A DNA stretch of 63,463 nucleotides, counting the filler, from Reticulomyxa filosa (taxonomy: Eukaryota; Protista; Foraminifera), in assembly GCA_000512085.1 (NCBI GenBank). It is 19 parts of 19 records of this genome, joined end to end, with 100 filler letters (N's around TTAATTAATTAA, not from the genome) between each part and the next. Parts side by side here need not be neighbours in the genome. Positions count along the whole stretch, not along the records: positions 35,419 to 40,189 come from ASPP01038792.1; positions 40,290 to 41,309 come from ASPP01033933.1; positions 41,410 to 42,532 come from ASPP01017599.1; positions 42,633 to 44,755 come from ASPP01034693.1; positions 44,856 to 47,179 come from ASPP01029515.1; positions 47,280 to 48,599 come from ASPP01004885.1; positions 48,700 to 53,143 come from ASPP01043509.1; 12 more parts are not named here. One strand, written 5' to 3'. The notes under the pieces were generated by a model. It was not told where the DNA came from and did not search any database. It was given only the letters and a program-made list of their open reading frames with translations. Made by a program: the position numbers and the translations under genes. Position 1 is the first letter of the stretch. Each line of letters opens with the position of its first letter. Shown here piece after piece: positions 39,401 through 51,199 of this stretch.

Positions 39401-40189
39401 TTATCCCCAAATACGAACGGGACCTTTATGTGAACCATAACACAAACTCCAATTATATGTAACATTCTTTGCATTCTCTTTTTTTTTCAATTCAATAAAT
39501 TTAAGACAAAATATTCCGCAATCTTCTTCAATATCTCCTTCTATTATATAAAACTCATTTTTATTTGATCGAATATCCCAAAATCGAATTGTATTATCCC
39601 ATGATGCAGAACATATCACATTTGAATTACCAATAATATCCTTTATCACAAACGGCGAATATTCAACAGACCATACAGCATCTGTATGTCCATTGAACAC
39701 TTGAATTTGTTCACCAGATCGAATATCCCACAAACGAACACTTTCATCAACTGACCCAGATAATATTGTATTTAATAATTCATTTGATCCATATTTTACA
39801 CTACGAATCCCATTTTCATGTCCTTTGAATAAGATAGATTGTTTGGTTGTTTCAATATCCCATATTCGAATGGTATTATCATATGATCCAGAACAAATTG
39901 TATATCCATTTCCACCAATCACACCTATATTATTACTTTTATTATCATTCTTTTTGTTATTGCTTTGTAATGGTGAAATATCGACACAACAAACACTATT
40001 TTCATGTCCATTGAAAACGTGTAATGATTTTGATGTTTCAACATCCCATAAACGAATTGTATTGTCATATGATCCAGAACACAAATATCTGCCACAATTA
40101 AATGGTGAAAATTCAATTCCACGAACATTCAATACGTATTCATTGAATAGTTGTAATTGTTTATTATGTTTGAAATCCCAAAAACGAAT
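39401..40189 (-). CDS. WD40-repeat protein, 3' part (5'-truncated)
   Basis: GH...CSGSYDNTIRLWD repeats; shares the ISPLQSN...NNIGVIGGNGYTICSGS insert with 46026-47179. Confidence 0.93.
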   Translation of the reverse strand: MRFWDFKHNKQLQLFNEYVLNVRGIEFSPFNCGRYLCSGSYDNTIRLWDVETSKSLHVFNGHENSVCCVDISPLQSNNKKNDNKSNNIGVIGGNGYTICSGSYDNTIRIWDIETTKQSILFKGHENGIRSVKYGSNELLNTILSGSVDESVRLWDIRSGEQIQVFNGHTDAVWSVEYSPFVIKDIIGNSNVICSASWDNTIRFWDIRSNKNEFYIIEGDIEEDCGIFCLKFIELKKKENAKNVTYNWSLCYGSHKGPVRIWG

Positions 40190-41409
40190 NNNNNNNNNNN
40201 NNNNNNNNNNNNNNNNNNNNNNNNNNNNNNNNNTTAATTAATTAANNNNNNNNNNNNNNNNNNNNNNNNNNNNNNNNNNNNNNNNNNNNTTCCTTTTTTG
40301 GAAAAAAAAAAAGGAAAACACTCAAAAAAAAAAGGAAAAAAAAAATTAATGAGCTCAAAAAAACTTTTGAAATAAATCACTTTTGATGTCACTGGAACAG
40401 GCATTGTGCAGTCTGCGCTGACATGTTTTCCAATTCTTCTTCTCTATCTCACTTCTTGCAACACTCCCCACAAACTTACATTGATTCGCTACAAACTTCA
40501 CGTCGGAACACATATTGTATAAGTACCAAAAGGTATTAAAAAAAAGCTAAACGATGAGGGAGATTGTAATCATAACAATAAATGTTTGTATGCTTGCTTT
40601 TGTCTTTTGAATCAACTCCTGGTGAAGTTGATCAGAAATGTCCTGATATGATAAAAGTTTTTTTTTTTTTGATTAAAAAAAAAATAAAGTGTACAAGAGC
40701 TATATGGAAGCATATGAATTAATGAAACATAATCAATCATATTTTGGTGCATTGGACATCCCAGTAATGGAAACAAAGACATGGTGGAAAAAATGTGTAC
40801 ATAAATCGTTTGTGTCAGGATATGAATGGTAATGAAGACTCGCCACAATTCACCAAGATTTTTAATCGAATTTATGCTCTGTTTGGAAGCAAGGAGTCTT
40901 ATGATGTGTTTCCTGAGGTCTTTGATTTTCTGGAACATCAATAAATTTTTTTTTTCCGCTCTTCGTTCTGTGTCGTGTGGAAACAAGGGGGAACTTTTTT
41001 TACACTCTTCCTCTTTGTACTTTGCACCTGTAATATTTTTATTTAAAAAAAATGAAACAATTTTTTTGGCTCCATCACATTATCATTGCTGTTAATACTG
41101 TTGTTAGTTGTGTTGAATATGAACAAATTAGTAATACTCAAATACATTTCAGCACACACCAATCCACAGTTTCAACACAAATACCAATTTAATCTACACT
41201 GGATTAAAAGAGACAACATTATAATGTTTAAACGCAAAATTTTTTTTCTTTTCAAAAATACCTTGAATATCTATTAACAAATCATAATATCAAAGAAAGT
41301 TGTGTAAATNNNNNNNNNNNNNNNNNNNNNNNNNNNNNNNNNNNNNNNNNNNNTTAATTAATTAANNNNNNNNNNNNNNNNNNNNNNNNNNNNNNNNNNN
41401 NNNNNNNNN

Positions 41410-41449
<40 letters not shown>

Positions 41450-42532
41450 CATACATATATACATACATATATGTATATAAAAGATAAATGATTACGTGAG
41501 ACTCCAAACTATCCAATTGTTGGAGCGTTTCTTCCACGCTTATTGGCGAGTCGTCCTTTTCTTCACTTGCACTTCCATTGGCTATTGCAAGAGTGTGATA
41601 ATCAAGTTCAATGTCCATCTTGACATCGCTTAACTCTAATATCGACGCAATGTCAATTTCATCCATTTCTTTATTTGGGTCGGTCTTCTCCACATTGTCT
41701 TTGTCGTCCTTGTGTTTCCATTGTCTTGTCTTTGTTCTTTCTTTCAAATCGGCTATTCCTTCACTGAACGATTGCGACTATTTTATAAATATGTATATAT
41801 ATACATTTGCAAATTGCTTCAAAAAGCAATAATGTAAAAAGCAGACAAAAGAAAGTGATAGACACAGACTCTGAGAAGGGTCGAACGCAATGCAGATGAA
41901 GAGGATCCCCGTGGTGGTAGTAGTAATGAAGGGATCGTCGACGACGAACGACAAGGAGTGCGAGAAGAGGAGCGAGCGACAGACCTGACGGGATCGACTG
42001 CGATTCGAGTGACATTGACACATTCCACACGTTGAACGTGCAAAGAGCCTTCGCTCGCATATCCGTCGTACTCGAATGTCTTTTGTGCGTTCTTCTTTTT
42101 CAGTCGTTTCAGCGTTTGTCGCATTCCGTGTTGTGTCAAAGGAACGATCTGTGCGACCTTGCAGTTCCTTTTTCTTTTATCACTTTGTACTTTTGTCGAC
42201 GACAACAACAAAGAAGAAGAAGAAGAAGAAGAAGATGATGATGATAAAGAAGGTGTTGGAGGAGACGGAGGTGAAGACAAGGAAGAAGAAGAAGAAGAAG
42301 AAGAAGAAGAAGATGGACCACTAACAGGCTTCTGTCGTAGCAAGTGAGATCTCCAATAGCTTTCAATCCGACTCACTCGTGTAAACCCACTCGTTATGTA
42401 TTCCTTGTCTTTCTCATTCTCTTGCAGCAACTCAAAATCTTGCAATCGGTGGTCCTTCCCTTGCTCGTTTGGAGGAGCACTTGCCTCAAAGCATTCTTCG
42501 CGGATTTGCTTTTTTTTTTTTTTTTTTTTAAA
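41410..42532 (-). CDS. Internal exons of a low-complexity (poly-Ser, charged) hypothetical protein
   Basis: ORFs 41819-42445 and 41358-41747 on the same strand with intron-like gaps. Confidence 0.45.
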
Positions 42533-42632
42533 NNNNNNNNNNNNNNNNNNNNNNNNNNNNNNNNNNNNNNNNNNNNTTAATTAATTAANNNNNNNNNNNN
42601 NNNNNNNNNNNNNNNNNNNNNNNNNNNNNNNN

Positions 42633-42917
42633 GTCTCTTTTCCTAGCTTATTGCCAAATTGTTTGAATAAACCCATCAAATAATGTTGTTGTTGTAAATT
42701 TGTGCTGTATTAAAATATATAAAGCAATTATTTGTTGAAATGTTTTTGTTAGTAAAAAAAAGAGAAAAGAAACACATAAAATGTATTGCTACGTGTTCCC
42801 TATTAGCCATGTTAAGACATTCTCCGCCTTTTCAACATCTTGCTGAAACCATTTTAATACATCTGAAATGATCTCTTCATTCATTTCGGGGAACGTATGC
42901 TGAAGTTGTGTAAGCAT
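42633..42917 (-). CDS. Fragment of a protein with a CUE-like ubiquitin-binding motif
   Basis: MLTQLQHTFPEMNEEIISDVLKWFQQDVEKAENVL (FP motif and helix pattern); an in-frame GT..AG splice leads to TNLQQQHYLMGLFKQFGNKL. Confidence 0.55.
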
Positions 42918-43241
42918 GATGATGAAATTGATTGAAAAAAAAAACCCTTTTTTTATCTGAACTTTAAAAAAATTTATTTACAGAAAAGATTTGACAATGA
43001 TGTCAAGATTTTCACATTTCATATTGTGTGAAATTATTTAGTAGATGTTACAAATTTCAATAATAATTCCAACTATGTTTTAATTGATATTATTACAAGA
43101 AGAAAGACATTCGAGTACCTTTTTTATCTGATAACAAATAATTCTATTTTAGAAATGTCAACAAAATATCGTTATTAATTTGCTAATATCTTCAGTATTG
43201 ACAAGTTTTCTTTTGACCTTTTTTAATGATATATTCAAATA

Positions 43242-44530
43242 CAGTAAATGAAAGTTGACACATAAAACGGCACACTATATAGATGATTGATTTTCTTCAT
43301 GAAAAAACAACATTCAGAACTAATTTTTAAAATATCTACGAATCGTGTAGTTTTTAAATATCATTTTGGTTTTTTACATCTTTACTAATTATTTCAATAT
43401 TTTGTCCTTTATTTTTTTTTTTTTTTTGTTCAGCATAGTTCGATATTTTATATTTTTAATCATTTTTATTTTTTTTCGAAAATGACTAAAGGAGTTGATA
43501 ATTTTAACAAAGGACGTGCTGTTGAGCTGTTGCGTCAAGGCTTGAGTTTGCGCAAAGTTGCAAAAAAATTTCGTGTAAGTCATAAATGTGTGCGTAAATG
43601 GAAGTTGACGTTTAAGACTGAAAAATTTATCAAGAAAAAGCCAAGAAAAGTGCTTTCGTTGAGTACCAGAGCGAATTCAACGTCTTGTTACACGATAGAT
43701 GATTACTGTCAAATTACCGAAAATGCAATCATAAAAACGTCAAAGTTTGGTAGTAGAAGCATAATCGTGTAACCTTGCCTTGTAGTGTTAGGACCTGGTT
43801 ATGCGTGTAAAATTGATGGAAGTGTCAATCTAGATATTTACAAAGAAATTCTAGGTCAAAAGCATTGATTGGTGTTTAGAATATAATGAAGATTAGATAT
43901 TTCAGCAAGATAATGCAACTAGCAACAAAGCAATTAAAGTAAAAAAATAATTTAAACAAAATGCTATCAAAGTATTTGCTTTCCCTCAAATTCTACATAC
44001 CTGAACCAAATCAAAAATCTGTGGATAGTGAAAACAAAAATATACAAAAGAAGACCTTTTTAAACAATTTGAATTAGAATGGGAAAAAATTGACAACGAA
44101 ACATGCACAAATTTAATAAAATCAATGTCAGAACGAATACAAGCATTATACAATGCAAAAGGTGATTTAACCAAATGGTAATTTTCACTAAAAAAATCTT
44201 ACCACAAAAAAAAATTCAGTTCTTAGACTTTTGAATTAACTTGACTTATTTAACATTGGACAAAAAAGGCAAAAAGATCAATGATTAGTGTAGACAAAGC
44301 AAAGAGTAGTCAAACAATCATGCATTTACAATGCACAAACTTTGAAAATAACATTAAATTCTGCAAAAAAAAAAATTTTTTGTTAACAAAAATTTGAGTT
44401 TTCTCAAAAACTACTCAACTTAGAATGCTAATTTTTTTTTTAAATATCTGCGCATTGAGCACTTTCTGAAAATACTTACGAAAAAGTTGGCAAATTTCAT
44501 GGTTACAGCACAATTATCAACTTTTTCTAA
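43242..44530 (+). mobile_element. Decayed Tc1/mariner (DD34E-type) DNA transposon with internal deletion
   Basis: Left end TA|CAGT; HTH (GLSLRKVAKKFRVSHKCV), K.SKFG..SI.V, IFQQDNA and LIKSMSERIQALYNAKGDLTKW* fragments at 43482-44181 with stops/frameshifts; right boundary approximate. Confidence 0.85.
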
Positions 44531-44899
44531 AAAATCAATAAAATATTCAAATTTTTTAACAATTATGATTTATCTCCATTAATTCCTTTTTTTGGACTAG
44601 TTAAATCCTTTAAGGATTTTTTAGATTCAAAAGTTCTCTATTTTTTTTAGTTTGGAAAATGACCCATTTAAATGCTATTTTATAAATATTTTTAATACCT
44701 TTAATAAAGACATCGAAATCTTAGACGTATTGTATGTAATCTTTATGTTTTTTTTNNNNNNNNNNNNNNNNNNNNNNNNNNNNNNNNNNNNNNNNNNNNT
44801 TAATTAATTAANNNNNNNNNNNNNNNNNNNNNNNNNNNNNNNNNNNNNNNNNNNNTATCTTTGAAATAAAATTTTTTATTCATCATTGGATTCGAATTT

Positions 44900-45120
44900 T
44901 ATTTTTTTAACAGTTTATTATTTAATCTATTTTTGTTTCATGTTGTATATCAATTAAATCTTTTAATTTCCCTTTGAAATCACATGTAATCAGTTTCATT
45001 TGATGTCTTCGGTTCTTGTTCAAATTATCTTATGTAAATCTGTTAAATCACTAATTACACTACTTTTTGAATATTGACAATTGTTATGAAGTTGAATATT
45101 TGTGATTTTCAAGAAATAAT
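44900..45120 (-). pseudogene. Relic of a RING/TRAF-type zinc-finger gene family
   Basis: Fragments IQLHNNCQYSK...FEQEPKTSNE...CDFKGKLKDL in shifting frames. Confidence 0.4.
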
Positions 45121-46025
45121 TTCTAAAAAAAAGGACTTAGTATGATAAAATTATTATTTTAAATGGATAATTAAATGAAGAAACTTCCTATTTGAATATT
45201 TTCCTGTTCAAAAATAAATCCAAACTTACAAAAATCGATCATCATTTACTATTTGTTCTTTTTTTCAACCTGTTTGCATTTGCAAGCAAGAATTAGAAAT
45301 TCTCACTCTAAACTATTTCTGGACATACAACTTCTCAACTCTTTTTTGTCTGAAGGTGCAATACCATCTGTTTCCTTTCCATTTGCTTTTGAATATTCTA
45401 TTTGGAGAGATGCACTTATTTATATGATAAATATTTTCATTTGTATTTATTGGATGCATTTGATGAAATATTTGATAAATCTGATCAAAATAATAATTAA
45501 AACACTTCTAACTGTGTTACAGTCATTAATGGAACAATGGGTTGATATTTATGTTAAAAACATTTCAAATAAATTATCTTTTTTATGATAAAATAATTTG
45601 AAAAAGAAGTATACAAAGTCAATTATTTCAAAGTAATTCATGAAAGCATATCATTTGTGTAATTTATGTTTACGTAGTAATATTCAAATTTTTAATCTTC
45701 AAACTTAGAAAAGCAATAATTAATTTAAAAATAAGAAACAAACGCATTCAAAGTAAATAAATTTTATTTCGACATCGAAGTTCCTTTTTTATTTTCAAAG
45801 ATTTTATGTAAAACCTCTTTAAAAAAAAAATTTGTACTCAGTTTTGGACAAATTCTTTTTTAAAAATTTCTATCTTCACTAAAAAAGAAATCATATATAC
45901 TGTTAAAATCCGTTTTTCATGTCGATAAAATATTTTTGAAAAACCCTTTCATTAACTTCGAAAGGAAAAAAGTTCAATATCTTTCATTTTACATTATCGA
46001 AAACGATCTTAAGAAAAAAAACAGA

Positions 46026-47179
46026 ATGACAACTCTTAGCAATAAGAAGCGAACTGCAACACAACCAGTATTGGTAAGCTTTTTTACAAGCTTTCAGAAA
46101 TCTATTGTTTTTTTAATATTTTGTTTATGTAAATTGTAATTCAAACAGTCTGAAAAAGAAAAGGTTCAAGTAATCATACAATATTGGATTCGAATATTGA
46201 AAATCAAATTAGGATGGGTTTATGAGTTTGACAAACTTGTTGTCGATTATGTTAGTTTATTTGTTCTTTCTTTTTTTAAAATATTAATCAAATATGAAAA
46301 TGTTTATTTAACATAGATATATAATGTCTTTATGTTTGAGACATTTTGCTCATTGTCCAAATTACACAATACATTCATGGACATAAAAGTACTGTGTTGA
46401 GTATTGATTATTCAACATTTGATTATCGTCAATTCATTTGTTCTGGATCAGAGGATAATACAGTTCGTGTATGGGATGTTGATAACAACAAACAAATTCA
46501 ATCATTCAATGGACATTCATCATTTGTGCATTGTGTAAAATTTTCATCATATCATTATCATAATCATCGTCAATATGTCATTTGTTCTTCATCAAATAAC
46601 AAAATCATTCATTTTTGGGATTTCAAAAATAATAAACAATTACAAATATTCAATGGACACACTAATGGTATTTATGGAATTGAATTTTCATCATTTAATA
46701 GTGGTAGATATTTGTGTTCTGGATCATTTGACAAAACAATTTGTTTATGGGATGTTGAAACATCAAAATTATTACATGTTTTCAATGGAAATGGATATGG
46801 TGTCTTGTGTGTTGATATTTCACCATTACAAAGCAATAATAACAATGATAATAATAAAATGAATAATATTGGTGTGATTGGTGGAAATGGATACACAATT
46901 TGTTCTGGATCAGGCGATAAAACCATTCGAATATGGGATATTGAAACAACCAAACAACTCAATATATTCAAAGGACATACACATTGGGTTTATGGTGTAA
47001 AATATGGATCAAATGAATTAATGAATACAATATTATCTGGATCAGAAGATAAAAGTGTTCGTTTGTGGGATATTCGATCTGATCAACAAATTCATGCATT
47101 CAATGGACATGAAAGTATTGTGTATGCCGTTGAATATTCACCATTTGTAATAAAGAATAATGAATTTGGTGGTAATTCA
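46026..47179 (+). CDS. WD40-repeat protein, 5' part (exons 46026-46073, 46149-46250, 46317 onward; 1-nt frameshift near 46377; 3'-truncated)
   Basis: Same 3-exon layout as 1126-2318; exon 2 SEKEKVQVIIQYWIRILKIKLGWVYEFDKLVVDY; WD40 repeats downstream. Confidence 0.9.
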
Positions 47180-47279
47180 NNNNNNNNNNNNNNNNNNNNN
47201 NNNNNNNNNNNNNNNNNNNNNNNTTAATTAATTAANNNNNNNNNNNNNNNNNNNNNNNNNNNNNNNNNNNNNNNNNNNN

Positions 47280-47744
47280 AACCAACATTTGAAAGGCCAC
47301 AATAACCAGGATTCTGTTTGGATCCGCTGCAAATTTGTTCAGAGTGGTGAGGGCAGCAAAGGGATCTCGTGTTGGATCCAATACTGTTCGCCATTGCATG
47401 GAAGATTGCGCCTTGCGCACATAGATAAAGCACAACAAATTGCACGACAGCAACAACGCATAGAATAACATTACCAAATTGGCATGCACCGCAAATTCGA
47501 TTCTTGATCTCACAGGCGGGTTTAACATGTTCCCGATTGCGTGAACGGGTAAATACAACATGTTGTATACTATAAACACAATAAATAAGTAACGTGCTAG
47601 CTTTGGGTGTCTCACGCTCAAATATTTCTTGTCTTGGTTTTTATGCCATGAACGATTTATATGCACAACCAGCGGAAGCGCTACTAAGTAAGACAGACAG
47701 AAATGAAGCGCACCAAGTGCTATATTCCCTTCTTGCCGACTCAT
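47280..47744 (-). CDS. N-terminal part of a multi-pass (7TM/GPCR-like) membrane protein
   Basis: Three to four hydrophobic segments with basic loop (YLSVRHPKL); runs off the contig. Confidence 0.55.
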
Positions 47745-48192
47745 ATTGCTTTAGCCTTTTCAGAGAACATACAGAAGTGTATGTACACTCTATATTAGAG
47801 ACTGTCTTTCTTTTTCCCTTGCTGTGGGCCTCTTGTTGGACAGGTCCACGTTTTTCACTTTTTTAAAACTCAAAATCAATTGTGATAAGAAGCATTAATA
47901 AAAGTTAAATCAGTTACAATCAAAATCTGGAATTTACTTTTGAATAAAACTATTAAAATTTGGAAAGCATATACATTGATAATGAAATGCAACTGTTGCC
48001 TCGTAAGTTTAAGTGTAATACGACTGTGTGCTTGTTCAGTGCATATTTTTACTCTTTAATTTCAGATAATGTCCCAAAAAAAAAATATGACTACACTGGA
48101 CGATTTTGCCTTAAAGTAGAATAACACTACTCAAAAACGTACAAAAAAACAGAAAAGAGGACACGTAAGGAATAAGCAAAAAAAAACATACG

Positions 48193-48560
48193 ATGCGTGA
48201 CTTTGAGGTAGAAATTGAAGAGCGTCCGCTCGGAGTAAAGTTCGCCCATGCCGACCATGGTGAAACAGTGGTGATCCATTTGGTCTTAGAAGGGAGTCTA
48301 GGAGCGAAGTTGGGTCTACAACCAGGAGACGTACTAATTGCAGTGAATGGGTCGTCGTTATTGAATAAGACCAGTGCACAAGCATTGCAAGAGTTCCGTT
48401 GTCAGGGTATTCCGTACAAAGCAACATTTCGCCGTTTCGACGAAGAAGATGACTACGAGAACGACGACAGTGAATCGGAGCAAACTATGTTGATCCGTGA
48501 AGAAGCGAATCACTTATTAACCGGCCTGAAGGTTAACCCGCATCACAGCAGCAGTAAAGT
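48193..48560 (+). CDS. PDZ-domain protein fragment
   Basis: RPLGVKF...V..GSLGAKLGLQPGDVLIAVNG PDZ signature. Confidence 0.88.
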
Positions 48561-49061
48561 TACTATTACAATAGAATCTCAATCTTTTTTTTTTTTTTTN
48601 NNNNNNNNNNNNNNNNNNNNNNNNNNNNNNNNNNNNNNNNNNNTTAATTAATTAANNNNNNNNNNNNNNNNNNNNNNNNNNNNNNNNNNNNNNNNNNNNT
48701 ATTTATGCGTTTGCAATTGCAAATTCCAAAGCTTTTCTTTGTTCAAATGAAACTATACCAAAACGAACAAGAGTTTAATTTTTAAAAAATTGATGAAGGA
48801 TGAACTAATTCTCAAAAGGAACAAATCAAATGTGATTACCAAGAAATACAGCATTCAAATAAGTATATGGAAAAGATATGAAAGAATTTAATATAATTAA
48901 AAATTCAAATACAAATGTTCAGACTTTATGATAGTAATGTTTTTTGAGAAACAGAAATAAATCATAAATAAGACTAAGACAAATTTGAAAAAGTATCATT
49001 CTCCACATAACAACAAAGTATAAATTGTTTAAAAAATTGCTTTTTTGAAATTTTTTTTTAT

Positions 49062-51199
49062 TTAAGTATAAAAAAATCCCTTTTCCAAATCAATAACTTT
49101 AATTTGATCTTTCTCCAAATCCAAACAAATATTTTTTGCTTCCAAGTCGCCATGCTCGAAATTAATTTTTCCTAATGTTGTTTGTACAAAATCTATTTTT
49201 TCTTTAACTTGTTCGTCATTAATTTTTTTTTCTTTTAATAATTCTTTTAAAGTTAATCCACAATCCGAAGTCAAAACTGCAACCTTTTCATTTGAAAATT
49301 TTAATAAATGACAATCATCGCATATCATTGAACATGACCTTTTTTTTAATCTTTTCCAATTCAAATATTCACGTGTTATTTCTACATTTTCTTGTTCAGA
49401 ATATCCAAACTTTATATAATAATTTTTTGTTTCATTGACCAAACATTTATATGCGCTATGCAATCCATGTTTTTCGTTTGTATAAAATATATGTAAATTT
49501 CCATCAAACGAATCGTTTTTATCTATTACTTTATATTCACTATATGATATATTACCAATTGAAGACTATTTTTTTTAGCATAAAACAAATAAAAAATATA
49601 TATGTGTATATACACATACATATATATATATTATATGTACAGTAATTATTTTTTTAAAATACATTTTTATTTTTATTTGTACTGCCAACATCAGTGTTTT
49701 CATCATTGCTTTCGTCGCTTTCGTCACTTTCATCCCTTTTACGTTTAATACTTTTATTATATTTATCATTATTTTTTTCTTCAATCTTTTTTTCTTCGCC
49801 TCCTTCATCTTTGTCTCCGTTTCTGTTTTCGTCTTCGTCTTCATCATCTTCGTTTTCATCATCATCTTTATCTTTTGATTTTCTTGCTTTTTCTTGTTCA
49901 GCACGCAAAGTTTTATCGTTTTTTCTAAATTTCTCTGCATATTGTAATATTTTGATAAGTGCAATAATCGATTCATCAAATGAGTATTTTTTAAAACATT
50001 TGAATACTCTTATTTTAAATTTAGAGCCAATGTCTCTATTTTTTTGTATATTATCAGTTTCAATACAAATGTAATCTGGATATGCTATTATTATTCCCAC
50101 ACGTATTCCCGTCCATATTAAATAGCTTGCCATTTGAAGTATTATGTCAGCAAAGTCAAAACTTATGCCGAGTATATAGTTGTTTCTAGGATCACGTTTT
50201 TGAAGTAAGTCTACTACATCGTCATATTTTGCATCGTTTTGTATTGTGATATCTTTCTCCTTGCAAAATTCTCTTAACTTTTTTAAATTGTACTTATCCC
50301 AAGGTAGATTGTTATTGTTATGTTGTTTTATGTAATCATCTGCTGTATGTATAGTTGTTATACCTTTTAATATGATACCAAGTCGTTTTAATTCTTGTTT
50401 CTTTTCATTCATTGAATCATTTGATTGAGTATTTTCTTCATTTGTTACTAATGTATTATTTGTTCTTTTTATTTTCTTCTTTAAAGGAGGCTTTATTTTT
50501 TTATCTTTTGTCTGCAGATCGTATTTCCACGAATTCAATACGAAATCCCAATTGTATTCTAATGTTGTTTTGTTTTTTTTGAACTGATCCAATCTCTTAG
50601 GTATCTTAAAATCAACAATTATAAATGATTTTTCTATATCAAAATCCGATTGTGTGTTATACGTTGACAATGCCAAATCAGGTTTGACACTACGGTAATA
50701 TGTACTTTGGTCATTGCATTTACAAAGTGATAATGATTGCTCGAAGCTATAATATACTTGTATTCCTGTTATTTCACTAAATAACAAAGAGACTAACTTC
50801 ATTATTGGCCCATTTTTAACTTTTTCATTACCACTATCTTTTGTACTTAACCAACAAAATTCCAACCTATTTTTTAATTTAGGAATATTTGCTACTGGTA
50901 TCATAAGATCATTTTCACAATCACCGCATTGATTTTTGATATGTTCTAACATATCTATTTCTTCAAATGATATGTCAAATAAATCCATGTCAATACGAGC
51001 GTTACCTATTTTGTTAGAGAATCCTGAAGATTTAGTTGTTTGTGTTTCACACCACGATAACATATTCACTTGTATTCCAATCTCTTTCTGACATTCTTTC
51101 AGGAAACCGGACAAACCTAGTCAAAAATATTTTATTAATGAACAAATAGAAAAGAAATTAATAAGAACAATCTAAACTTGTTGTTAGCTCGTTCGACAT
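49062..51199 (-). CDS. PD-(D/E)xK nuclease-like + SAP/HeH-like + minimal protein kinase protein, about 659 aa (exons 51199-51178, 51116-49663, 49565-49062)
   Basis: VKPDLAL...IIVDFK...LQMASYL..TGIRVGIIIAY; WDKYNLKKLREFCKEKDI...DDVVDLL; YYIKF...EITREY...HGDLEAKNICL...KVIDLE; both introns GT..AG and in phase (1980 coding nt). Confidence 0.8.

Noticed and set aside
40290-41309. Possible genes in this short contig
   Set aside because: No frame gave a recognisable or consistently spliced product
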